Assembly: GCA_024626585.2 (NCBI GenBank)
Contig: JANKJI020000004.1
Coordinates: 136,504,001 to 136,537,474, forward strand
Length of the DNA: 33,474 nucleotides
Reading direction: 5' to 3'
DNA from: Ginkgo biloba
Taxonomy: Eukaryota; Plantae; Ginkgophyta
The notes below the pieces were generated by a model. The model was given only the letters and a program-made list of their open reading frames with translations, had not been told where the DNA came from and made no database searches. The position numbers and the translations under genes are program-made. Of this stretch, positions 12,811-24,171 are shown piece by piece. The stretch's first letter is position 1. Every line of letters begins with the position of its first letter.

Positions 12811-13841
12811 TGTGGTTATTGTAACTGTATAACAACATCTAGAGATAATTTGTCTAGGTAAGATTGATGACTAGAGAGATTCACCCAAGGAAATCTTCTA
12901 ACTTGTCCTATTTCCATCATAAGTTTGTATATATTATGTACTTAAATATTATTCCTTTAAGGAGATACTCNNNNNNNNNNNNNNNNNNNNNNCTAGTAGT
13001 AAACACTATGTGATTTATATGGAGAGTTATAGTGGATTTTTCCCTATAATCCTAATATTGTGTAAGCAATATTAATTTTAATGCAAGTAGAATTTATATA
13101 GAAGAATCATTCTAACATTAGTATTTGAATATACTTTAGGGTGTTAACTGGTTGATGCATTCACTATTAATGATTCAAAAGCATTATATTTTAAGTACAA
13201 TCTTTTATTTTTTATCTGGTGTTGTCCGATGAGAGTGATAAAGTTTGAGATGAGTTATTGAGTGATTGAGGAATTTACCTTGCTTGTATGCCATCTAGTA
13301 GTTGACATATAAAATCATGCTGCTACCCTTGTCCTAAGAAGTCATGGTCTATCTCAAACTCATTCAACTCTTCCTCATGTTGTGATATCTTGCCAATTAA
13401 AGTTGGACTCGATGGATCTCATTATTGTATTAGATTTAGTAATATATGTTGAAAACTTGATTCCTATCCTCTTATTTATATTCTTCTTCATGTTGTGATA
13501 TATTTCCAATTAAAGTTAGATTAGATGGCTCTTTTTATCATATCAACTCTAGTAACATATGTTACAAAATTTCCACCTACCTCTAATTTATCCTATTTCA
13601 TTTATGCTAGCAAAGTTGGAATGGATGGCTAGTTGCCATCATATTAGATTCATTAATCAATGCTTTAAATAGTCTTTTCTCTTCTCTTCCTCTATATGTT
13701 ATTTCTATTTTTCCACCCTATTAATTAAAGTTGAACTGGTTAGCTAGTCGTCATTGTATAAGTGTCATAAAAAAATACTCCCTTGACTTGATTTATGGTT
13801 CTCTTTTGATTATTTCTTATGATTCCCACCCAATATGTGAA
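12811..13841 (+). repeat. Family T LTR-like 3' part, copy A (with internal ~100-115 bp subrepeats)
   Basis: Collinear with 19869-20755, 32871-33474 and 21267-21510. Shared blocks include AAGATTGATGAC.A.AGAG, TCCTAATATT.TGTAAG, GATAAAGTTTGAG, CTTGTCCTAAG and CTCCCTTGACTTGATTT. Confidence 0.85.
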
Positions 13842-14210
13842 NNNNNNNNNNNNNNNNNNNNNNNNNNNNNNNNNNNNNNNNNNNNNNNNNNNNNNNNNNN
13901 NNNNNNNNNNNNNNNNNNNNNNNNNNNNNNNNNNNNNNNNNTCTAGATATAAAAGGGGAAGATATAATAATATTATTTTGAATCAATTCCATCGATGGGA
14001 AAGAAAAATTCAAGTATATGCATGTACATTTTCCCCCTATTTTAAAACAAATCAAGACACATTGTGTTGTATTCATTTTCTAGTCATGTAGAGGCATGAA
14101 GATCCAATTGAAGGAATTAATGATCAAAATATTCAACATATAAATTTCACCAAATCAATATTGAAATTAACAGTTAAATTTTGTTCTTTCTGCGAATCAC
14201 CTTTAACAAT

Positions 14211-14462
14211 TCTACATTCTGCATCGTTTGAATTCTACAGTCATATTAATCAATGGATTTAATAGTAGTGCTCATTCTAATTCTATATCTTTATCTCTCT
14301 CTATATAAGAATTATTATACATAATATAACATCAAGCCATACAACACCACTAGTGAAATGCACATCTTTTGCTTCTTTTTCTCCTCTAAAAATCTAATAG
14401 TGATCATTAAGAGGACATTATTTATTGTGTGTGATCTACATTGTGCATCATTTGAATTCTAA

Positions 14463-14501
<39 letters not shown>

Positions 14502-14534
14502 ACATAATATAACATCAAGCCATACAATACCACT
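14211..14534 (+). repeat. Local imperfect tandem duplication (14211-14351 / 14435-14534)
   Basis: TCTACATT[C/G]TGCATC[G/A]TTTGAATTCTA and ACATAATATAACATCAAGCCATACAA[C/T]ACCACT each occur twice, in the same order. Confidence 0.9.
14465..14500 (+). repeat. Compound microsatellite (CT)10(AT)8
   Basis: Read directly: ctctctctctctctctctctatatatatatatatat. Confidence 0.95.
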
Positions 14535-16545
14535 GATGACTATAACTATCTTGCAATGCAAGTCCAAAATGATCACAATGTTTGTTCTCACTTGGATTCT
14601 ACTCAATATTCACTATGTCTCTTCTCGACATGCCTATTGATGGGATAATCCTTTTGTGATTGAATAGGGGAAAATTATAACCCCCATTATAAATCATTCC
14701 CACCATCATATAGGGAGAAGGTAGTATGAACTAAGAAGTGGAATGAAAAAATCCTACATGATAACATGCATCCTATAGGATCTCTACACTCCACATTAAT
14801 CTCTCCACCCACTCTTATCATAGAGGCCAATACTTGTAGGATCACTAATATATTTCTTGGACACTAAAAGTTAGTGCCATCATCCTATAAAACCCTCTGT
14901 TCTAATAAATGGTTAAACATATTCCCTTTATTTTATAGATTTACTTTTTAATTTGTCGATTCCTCATTATTTTGAATGTAATTCCAATTTATACTATTAT
15001 TTCATAATTAAATTTCAGTGTTCATATGCAATCCATCTTTTGATAGTAGGTATTATTTTCCATGAATGCGATCTGATATTTTAAATTTACAAGTGGTTAT
15101 TAAAATATTTTTTTTGAGTTGAAATTCTTTCAAAACCTATACAATAATATTGGGAGTGTTAAATAATTTTGAACAAAAAATTTTTACTTTTATTTTTATA
15201 TTATTCAAAAATAATATTGAAGAATTATGCATTATGGAGACCTGAATGAACACCAACATATAAGAATGGATGGTGGTTGTATGATGAGACCACCAATTTG
15301 TATGTTGTAGTATGGGCTATACCATAATATGCCATAAAATTTTTCATCTTATGGTGGATTACAACTTTCTTACAACAAGTCAAATTACCACAAGCATTTC
15401 ATAACTATATCACTATACTTTGTAGGGAATGCAAAATATGTTTCTTAGTAGATGCAACATATCTAATCTAATAAAATGGTACCATATACTATGGGATACA
15501 TCCCATCATTTTTTTTTTATTATATATTAGGAGGGTGTTGTGGGTTAAAACCCCACCTAAGTTTATTGGCAGATTGTGGCTGGTGATGTGGCACCCCGTA
15601 ATTTTTATTAGTGACCAGTTCGTCCATGTGGACATTTTATTACATGTCATCAAATNNNNNNNNNNNNNNNNNNNNNNNNNNNNNNNNNNNNNNNNNNNNN
15701 NNNNNNNNNNNNNNNNNNNNNNNNNNNNNNNNNNNNNNNNNNNNNNNNNNNNNNNTTGATGTTTGTCCTTTCCATCCTATAAATAATAATAACTTAATTT
15801 GATATTAAATAATAAAAAGGGAATAATAATAGCATATATAAAATGTAATATTGGCATGGTATTTATAATCTGTGTATTACCATAGATGCCAATGACAATG
15901 CTAGTTAATTCATGACTTTAAATGTCTCATAATGCACCCCCTACATTTAAGTACTAAACACAACACATTGATAGTACAATTATTATGTGAAATCACTCTT
16001 ATAAAAATCAATTCATATGCCATACCCACTTCTCAAAACTTTATTCTATGGATAGTTTCATTTTATACATTTCCATATAGTACCAAATATATATTTTTGC
16101 AAAAATAACACATGATTATAAGTGATAAATATTTAAAAAAATCCATGAAGTGAAAAACTCTTGGATATTTCCATGTGCTAATAATAGTGCTACTATGTCA
16201 CAAAAAATAATCAACATATAAAAAATAGGATGTTGTTAAGTATGCAACATTTTCCATAATAAATAAGATATACCTTCCATAATTCATCATATAATATCAC
16301 ATGCATCTCACTAATTTTAGTCAATGAATCATAAATTTAAAAGTGTTACAAAATAGGTTCTAAGTTATGGCCCTTTCCATTACTTTATCACATTTAAAAT
16401 TCCTACTACACAACTGAGTTATATGAAGAATATTATAAAATGGAATATTATATAGCATATTGCATTCTTCTTTGTGGCACTTTATCTATGATTCAAGACA
16501 CATGTGGGCCCATAATCCTTATGACAATTGAATAACATATGTATT

Positions 16546-17200
16546 TCATCATAAAGATAATCAAAGTCATTGTGCATATGTGACCATCATTAGATCCATC
16601 AGTGTTATAATCAATTGCTTAGATATAAGTATATATATAAATGATGATCAACCTATGTATATGTAGAATTTACTTGCCTCTATGGTGTTGGATTTATGTG
16701 GGTTCATAATATATATGATGTAGATCAATGCGGTTCACCATCATAAAGGTAATCAAAGATGACATAGACATGGTTTTACCATTAGGGTCGATTGGTGTTA
16801 CAATCACTTAATTTCAAGATAAATGTATAGATTAATATAGATAATGGTGGATCCATATATATCCACTATAATCTATATATATGGATCCACAATCATTTAT
16901 TTTCATCTATACTTATATAAAAATAAAATAATCCAACCATCTATTATCCTTGATGCCAGACCCATGTTTATATCAACTATTATTACTCTTATGATGGCAG
17001 GCCCATGTTATTCCATCACCGATATGATGATGTATCAATTATAGTCCAATATCTCCATGATTATGGATCCATGTTAGTCCAAAATTATTAAGGTTACATA
17101 ACAAAATGCATTTAGTATCATAGAGATAATCAAAGATAATATTGATATAAGTACACTATCATAAAGGTAACCAAAAATGACTTAGAGGTCTTCCATTAAA
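16546..17200. repeat. Region with dispersed ATCATAAAGRTAATCAAAG-type motifs and a 16-bp hairpin
   Basis: The motif occurs at 16548, 16740, 17117 and 17158; the first two start ~110-bp similar units 192 bp apart. There is a perfect inverted repeat at 16847-16862/16875-16890. Confidence 0.7.
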
Positions 17201-17394
17201 AAGGATTATATGGGAGGTAGGCTCATAAATATATGGGATTCATATTATTTCATATAACAATACACATAGACATATATAAAAAAAAAAAAAAAATNNNNNN
17301 NNNNNNNNNNNNNNNNNNNNNNNNNNNNNNNNNNNNNNNNNNNNNNNNNNNNNNNNNNNNNNNNNNNNNNNNNNNNNNNNNNNNNNNNNNNNNN

Positions 17395-19622
17395 AACATG
17401 GCCAAACTATCCATGTGAAATAATAACATCTAAACTCTATTATACCATAGTTCCCAATGGTATGGTTAGGTGAAAAAGTAAAACAAATGGAGTATTGATA
17501 TACTATTCAACATTCATGACAACCTTGCTAGACAAATTCATGTCAAATAACATATCAAAATGATTATTTACTTTTGAAACTCAAGGGTATAACTAGATGC
17601 ATATTAGAAAAAATAGTGTTGCATAAGTAATGATGGAAAATAAACATTCCAAATCTTACACCATAATCTCACCATAAATATAAACTTGGGAAATTCAGTT
17701 TAAATTTAATAACATGTACAAGACAACTCCTAGGTTTTCCTTCCAAAAACATTACATCTTTATGCCTATTCACAAGATACAAAATTTAAAATCAAAGGAA
17801 AAATCCCATAACCTAAATATGAAACCCTTCGACTTATTTCCCTCCAAAAGGAGGGAAAAAATATGAGAGATGAGGGGAAAATAAGCTCCACTCCCAAGAC
17901 CTCCAGTAGCTCAGGAGATCCAAAAGTTCCTCTTATAGAGAGATCGAATGAGTGTTTTTTCTCCTTTTTATAATTTATTCCACTAACTACCTTATTTAGA
18001 GATGAATAGATAGTGTACTACAATAATTCAATCTAAGTGGAGATGTGAAAGTTTCCATGGTACCCATCAAGAGATCCCTCTTCCATTTTCTAGGTGAGGC
18101 ATTGATATTCTCCTCTAATTAATTAATACATAAGGTGACATCCCTCTGACCTAAATGTTCAAGATGATCTAAGAGTCAAATACATATTAGCTATCAGGTT
18201 GTTGCTTGAGTGATTCAGGGAAAAAAATAGGACCTAGGGTGGGAAAATCTCTTAAGTAATAACACCATTCCTTAGTTTAATTAGAAATTAATCATCTTCA
18301 TGAAGTAATAAGGATCATACAAAACTCTTCAATATTTAATGCCAATCTCCTTAAATTATATCACTCTGACATTAGATATGGATGAACCTTATTGTGGTTC
18401 ATGTGATTTTTAGGGAATGATTCTAATCATATCGTTAATGCCTATCATAACATTCATTGAATAGAATAGTCACTCATCATCTTGGTTCCTTATTCAGCTT
18501 CCTTGGTGACCCAAGTCAAGGNNNNNNNNNNNNNNNNNNNNNNNNAAGGAATTAGAACTTTATGGATTATTTTAACCTGCCATAACTAAGTCAAGTAAAA
18601 GATTACTTTTGTAGGAATGCTACATCCTTGGAGCATTATCCTAGATAATATGCTTCAAAAATGATTTAGTCATATCTTGGGCCCACTTCATAACCTTGGT
18701 CACTCCTATATTATCTTAAACCTCAGTGTAATTAAGATCTTATCTTTGAAAGGCACTCCCTAGTGGCCTCACTCATCACCTATCTTTATGTTATTATCCT
18801 TGATTCCTTTATTTACTAGGTTCATAAAAAATATTCAGGGAGCAACTATACTACTCAAACTTGTCACTTCACTCATAAAGGAATTCTCTAATCCTAGTAC
18901 TAGTCATATCATCCCCTATTCTCACCTAATAATACCTATAGGTACGTGTATTCTTCCTAGGTCATGGATGTATTATATGATTCTAAAAATACTATGTAAA
19001 TGAATTAGGGAGTATCTCCCTAACTTCCACATTGCACCCTTAGGTCCTGGATGCATCATGGCAATGTTTCTTAGTCCTGCTAGATGCGAGGCTTCCTAGT
19101 CTAACATAATATCTCTATGGTATGTATTACTACATGACTTGTACAAGAAATGAATCCTTAGTACATGGAGTGGGCTCTTAATCCCACCATTTCTTAATCT
19201 TGGCTGTTAAACATGCCTACATAGATGATTCATTCAAAGTTGTTGGCCTAAGGTTTAACTCCTTAGTTGGTTCCTCAACTAAAGTTCCTCTATCCTCCAA
19301 TTGCACATTTCATGTTGACCCAATATGGGATCAACAATATATTTTCCTAGTCTTAGCTCTTAAAAATTTCNNNNNNNNNNNNNNNNNNNNNNNNNNNNNN
19401 NNNNNNNNNNNNNNNNNNNNNNNNNNNNNNNNNNNNNNNNNNNNNNNNNNNNNNNNNNNNNNNNNNNNNNGACTTAGTTAGAGGTCATTGTGAATATCCC
19501 ATTGTCAAAAAGTTCCACCAATAGGTTCTTAAACTCACATACTCATCTAAGTTATATGTCCTCAGTTTTTTGTACCTTGGATCCTAATACCAGCAGGGGT
19601 CCTAAAATGAGTGGGTACTACA
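17395..19622 (-). mobile_element. Probable LTR-type non-coding sequence of an unassigned retroelement
   Basis: No coding motifs recognised. A TATAAAAAGGAG-like element lies on the minus strand at ~17961-17972. An LTR-terminus-like GGGGTCCTAAAATGAGTGGGTACTACA ends at 19622 (reverse complement TGTAGTACCC). The span crosses a 100-N spacer, so its unity is unproven. Confidence 0.35.
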
Positions 19623-19799
19623 CCCATTATTACTATTGAAGCCTGAGTACAAAAATCGCAACAACACAAGGTTCTATATAACCCAAGATTGGGTAAACAT
19701 ATAGAAATAAGTGAATATCATATTTAGTTGCTCTTTTAGGTGTCATACCTTTAGGCTCTAAGAATATAGATTCATACTTATTCAACAATTAATTTAGTC

Positions 19800-20755
19800 A
19801 ATTTTTTACCTACATATTTTATCTTTGGCCTTCTCTTCTCTCTTTTTATCTCCTTCCTACTTCTAAGTGTGTGGTTGTTGTATCTATATAATGGAATCTA
19901 TAGGAAAATTTTCTAAGGAAGATTGATGACCAAAGAGATTCAATGAAGGAAAGCTTCTGATTTAGATTGTCGCCAATATAATTCTACATTATTTCATACT
20001 AAAAAAATATTTCTTCAAGGAGTTGGTAGTATTAAACACTATGTGGCTTATGTGGATAGATGTGGCTTCTATCCTATAGTCCTAATATTGTGTAAGTAGT
20101 AGTATTTTTAATGAAAGTAGAATTTTGGATAGAAGTCTCATTTTAAAATCATTATTTGAATATGANNNNNNNNNNNNNNNNNNNNNTTTACAATTAATGA
20201 TTCAAAATTATTATCTTTTAGATTTAATCTTTCATTTTTAATCTAGTGGTGTTCAGTAAGATTGATAAAGTTTGAGGCGAATTACTAGGTGATTGAGGAA
20301 TTTAGCTTACTTAGTTTCCATCTAGTAGTTAACATATGAAATCATGTAGCTACGCTTGTCCTAAGTAGTTATGATCTATCTTAAACTTATTCTACTCTTC
20401 CTCATGCTATGATTTCCTACAAATTATAGTTGTATTAGATGGCTCTCATTGTCATATTAAGTTCAATAATAGATGTTTCAAAGTTTAATCCTCCCATCTT
20501 ATTTATTTTCGTCCTCATACTATGATATATTACCAATTGAAGTTGGACAGGATGGCTCTTTTTATTGTATCAGTTATAGTAACATATGTTATAAAATTGC
20601 CACCTATCTCTTATTTATACATTGTCATTTATTCTAGTGAAGTTCGATTGGTTGTCTAGTTTCCATCTTATCAGCTTCACTAATCTATACTTTAGTCTTC
20701 ACTCTTCTCTTCCTCTTTGTGTCATTTATTTTCTTCCACCCTATTGATCAAAGTT
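19800..20755 (+). repeat. Family T LTR-like 3' part, copy B
   Basis: Aligns to 32800-33474 from TTTATCTTTGGCCTT onward and to 12811-13730, including the AGTTG.A...GATGGCTCT subrepeats. Confidence 0.85.
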
Positions 20756-20939
20756 NNNNNNNNNNNNNNNNNNNNNNNNNNNNNNNNNNNNNNNNNNNNN
20801 NNNNNNNNNNNNNNNNNNNNNNNNNNNNNNNNNNNNNNNNNNNNNNNNNNNNNNNCAGATATAAAATGTCAATTAAAAATAATTGAGAGTTCTTATTATT
20901 AAAATACAAATCCTTACACTCAGCCTCCAAGTCAAGTAT

Positions 20940-21579
20940 CAATAATTTTGGGTTTTTGGATTTGATGAAGATATTATCCTTTTTGTAAGAGTCTCGAATG
21001 GCATAAAACCAAAATCTGGTAAAATATAGTTGAGAAAGTTTTGGTAGTTAAAATATAAGGCCTCATATTGAGTCCTTCCATGATTAAACAACGTAGACCA
21101 AAAAGATATTATGCAAGTAAATTTCATTCAATTTTTAGAGTTCAAACTTTGAAAAGGATGTCCCATCTGATGTTTCAAATGAGTTAAAATACTCAAAAGA
21201 AGTGGACCTAAGATAAAATTAAAAAGGAGTAAATAAAGGGATGTCTTCCATTCAAGAATATAATATGTTCCTCATACTATAATCTTTTCTATCTAAGTTG
21301 GATTGGTTGTCTAGTCATCATTGTATCATCATCATTATTGAATACTTTAAGTATTTTCTCTTCTCTTCCTCTCTATGTCATTTTTGTTTTGTCACCCTAA
21401 TGATAGGAGTTTAAATAGTTGGCTAATTTTCATTGTATTAACCTTATCAATAAATTCTCCCTTGACTTGATTTCCAGTTCTTTTTTTATGATGCCCCCCA
21501 ATATGTGAATAACTAATAGTTTTCCATTTTGAATCACTTTCTCCACTCATCAATCACCAGTTCATCACAAAAAATAACA
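20940..21579 (+). repeat. Internally deleted family T LTR-like segment directly upstream of gag
   Basis: 21050-21260 is the reverse complement of a diverged copy of 10715-10935. It jumps at ~21265 to sequence matching ~13600-13841 (CTCCCTTGACTTGATTT..CCCAATATGTGAA) and ends near AAAATAACA (21579). Confidence 0.75.
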
Positions 21580-21799
21580 ATAGTTTAATCTCTAATATTA
21601 TTTATTCTTTGCAAATAAGGGAATTGTCCCTATAATATGAATAGTGTAAGCTACTATTATTACAATGATCTTGTACCTTTATCTATGCCATAGATCAAAG
21701 CCTTATCCATCATAGGTACCCTCCATCCCATCAATAAAACTAGAAACCATACTAGAGAATGAGCATAAAGATCAACTCTCAAGTGAACCTATAATACAT

Positions 21800-23380
21800 A
21801 CAAGTAAAGCCATCTAAAGATAAGAATCATACAAGAAGAGTTTAAATATCCACATGTATAACTTACACTAGGTCAAAAAGAGTTCTTAGAATTCAATATT
21901 ATCTATTAAGAACCACAAGGAAGGAAACAAAATAAGATAAATATAAAGAGGTATATTCTTCCTCATCCTCCTCTCCATTTTTACATCCTCGATTATATTA
22001 TTTTGTTTCTTATTTCCTCTTCCACAATGAAAAAATATTCTCTAATATGTGAAAGGTCCTTAGCCATACCCCATTAGTCCATTACTAATCTTATGTATTC
22101 TAAATCAAGGAGGTTGAGTTAATTTCCCAACTCATCTATTAATGCCTTTGTCCCTATTCAAAACTTGCACCCATAGATTGTTGGATCCATGACCACACCA
22201 TATATAATTGTAAGACCTTGTAATATAGGTGAAAAACTTGAAAAAATTTAATATAGGGAATTATACATATTTCCCTACTTTAAGGGTGACGATTCAATTA
22301 TGGGTGAATGCCACCTTTTACCTTTTCAACAATTTGTTAGCTTCTTGATGTTACTTTAGAGAATATAGTAGTTAGGTTATTTTCTTAGACCCTAGAAGAG
22401 TAAGTTACCTCTTGGTTCTAATATCTTCTTGTTGGGTCAATTATAGGATGGAATACCTTAATTTATTCCTTCAAGGCAAAGTATGATATTATTAAAACCT
22501 TTGTTTCCCTAATAAAAGAGTTCTTCAATATAACATGGGGAGATGAAGAATCCATAGTAGACTATAATGTAAAGTTCATCAAGATTCATAAGACATAAAT
22601 TTTAACCAAAGGGATAATGTTTCTACTTTCTTATATTGGTATATGGATGGTTTGGATGCTTATATGAGATATTCTTTGGAGGATGAGATTCATGTTGACC
22701 TGGTTGATGCCAAGAGGATAGTCCTGGGAATTGAGGCAAGACTCCTTAGAGTCTGTAAAGTAAAACCCTCGGTTCCTATCTCTGACCATACTGAACCCGT
22801 TATTGAGTCTTACTAGACCCTAATCATCCTTTAGAACTTGAACGATGAACTCATTTCACTGAAAAGACAAGTGGGAGTTGGACAAGTGGATGTTGGGGAA
22901 GGAATGAACTTTCTAAGGATTAAGGACCCAAACCATTGACAAAACCTTTTTCCTCCATATACTAATGTTGTGATAATAGATAATCCCTATGAAGAGTAAG
23001 AAGTTGATGATGCATACTTTATTTTTCTATACCTCCCCCTGATTGATAGAGAAGTGGGATAGAGAATCCCATCCTCCCCAAATGCTATGGCAGCTACTAG
23101 TTGGTCTCGTCGGGAGGCAAAAAATAGGGAAGACCAACCTTCCAATGTCAAAGCCAATACTGAGTTGGTGATCCAAAAAGAGAAAAGATCAACCCAAGAT
23201 AAGGACAGTGAGGTTGACCAAATCAAGCAAAATAGATCTATTATTGTTGTACACACCACAAGAAATGAGCCACCCTCAACTAAAAATGAAAGCACACTCC
23301 ACAAGTAGAAGGTCATGGCCAATCAAAATACTATAGTAGCCTCCATGAATTCACTTCATTTGGGCATCCTAATGAACAAA
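21800..23380 (+). pseudogene. Degenerate Ty3/gypsy (Tat-like) gag plus linker, family T copy 2
   Basis: Reads YIFPYFKGDDSIMGECHLLPF..DVTLENIVVRLFS*TLEE*VTSWF*YLLVGSIIGWNTLIYSFKAKY and GDEESIVDYNVKF..FLYWYMDGLDAYMRYSLEDEIHVDLVDAKRIVLGIEARLLRVCKVKP. Homologous to the reverse of 6330-7859. ORF 23087-23308 is part of the linker. Confidence 0.85.
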
Positions 23381-23480
23381 NNNNNNNNNNNNNNNNNNNN
23401 NNNNNNNNNNNNNNNNNNNNNNNNNNNNNNNNNNNNNNNNNNNNNNNNNNNNNNNNNNNNNNNNNNNNNNNNNNNNNNNN

Positions 23481-23990
23481 AGGACCCAAACCAAAGATCA
23501 AACCTTTTTCCTCTCCTTACCAATGTTGTGATGAAAGAAAGGTCCATTAAAGAGCAAAAATATGAGGATGCATATATCACCTTCTAAGACTTTCCCCTGA
23601 TTGATGAAAATGTAGAGTAGGATATCCTATCCTCCTCAAACACTTTGGTAGCTAGTAGTTGGTCTCATTTAGAGACAATGAACATGGAAGATCAGTTTGG
23701 CTATTCTGAGTTGGATGTTCAAACAAGGAGTAGATTGAATTAAGATAGAGGTAGGAATATATATTATAGGATACCAAATAGATCCATTGATGTTACACCT
23801 ACTCAAAATACTCATCAAATACTATGGCAATTCCTAGTTAGTCTCATTTGGAGACAATGAATATGGAAGATTAATTTGTCCATTTTGAGGTAGATATTCA
23901 AACAAGGAGTAGAGTGACTTAATATATATATAGTAATGTATATTATAGGATACCAAGTATATCCAATGATATTACACTTACTTCAGGAAA
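23481..23990 (+). repeat. Family T gag-linker, copy 3, with an internal ~179-bp tandem duplication
   Basis: 23481-23805 aligns to 22923-23260 (AGGACCCAAACCA..AAACCTTTTTCCTC..TAGTTGGTCTC). GTCTCATTT.GAGACAATGAA.ATGGAAGAT..CAAACAAGGAGTAGA..TATTATAGGATACCAA starts at both 23662 and 23841. Confidence 0.85.
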
Positions 23991-24171
23991 GGAGGAGGAT
24001 GTACAATAGATTGAATAAGAAAAATAACTAGCTATGTTGGTTGATACGGGACCATAAACCTATGATGTCATCACTAAATTAGGTATTATTTTTTATGAGG
24101 AGGATTATTATTACNNNNNNNNNNNNNNNNNNNNNNNNNNNNNNNNNNNNNNNNNNNNNNNNNNNNNNNNN

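Noticed and set aside
13370-13790. CRISPR-like regularly spaced repeats (also 16548-17180)
   Set aside because: The repeats are degenerate, the intervening sequences are similar to each other and ~100 bp or longer, there are no cas genes, and the context is eukaryotic TE.
14540-14930. Moderately GC-balanced segment as a host exon
   Set aside because: The frames I translated gave no recognisable motif and contained stops; left unassigned.
17278-17293. Poly(A) tail of a retroposed element
   Set aside because: It lies at a scaffold end, with no TSD or upstream LINE/SINE body identifiable.
19581-19592. Decayed tRNA-Met PBS on the minus strand (ATCCTAATACCA; also CTCTATTATACCA at ~17435)
   Set aside because: Several mismatches or indels and no adjacent LTR TG/CA terminus in the right position.
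22987-23322. 111-aa hydrophobic minus-strand ORF as an antisense or env-like protein
   Set aside because: It is the antisense shadow of the purine-rich gag linker, and the ORF track shows no comparable full-length ORF in the 23481-23805 copy.
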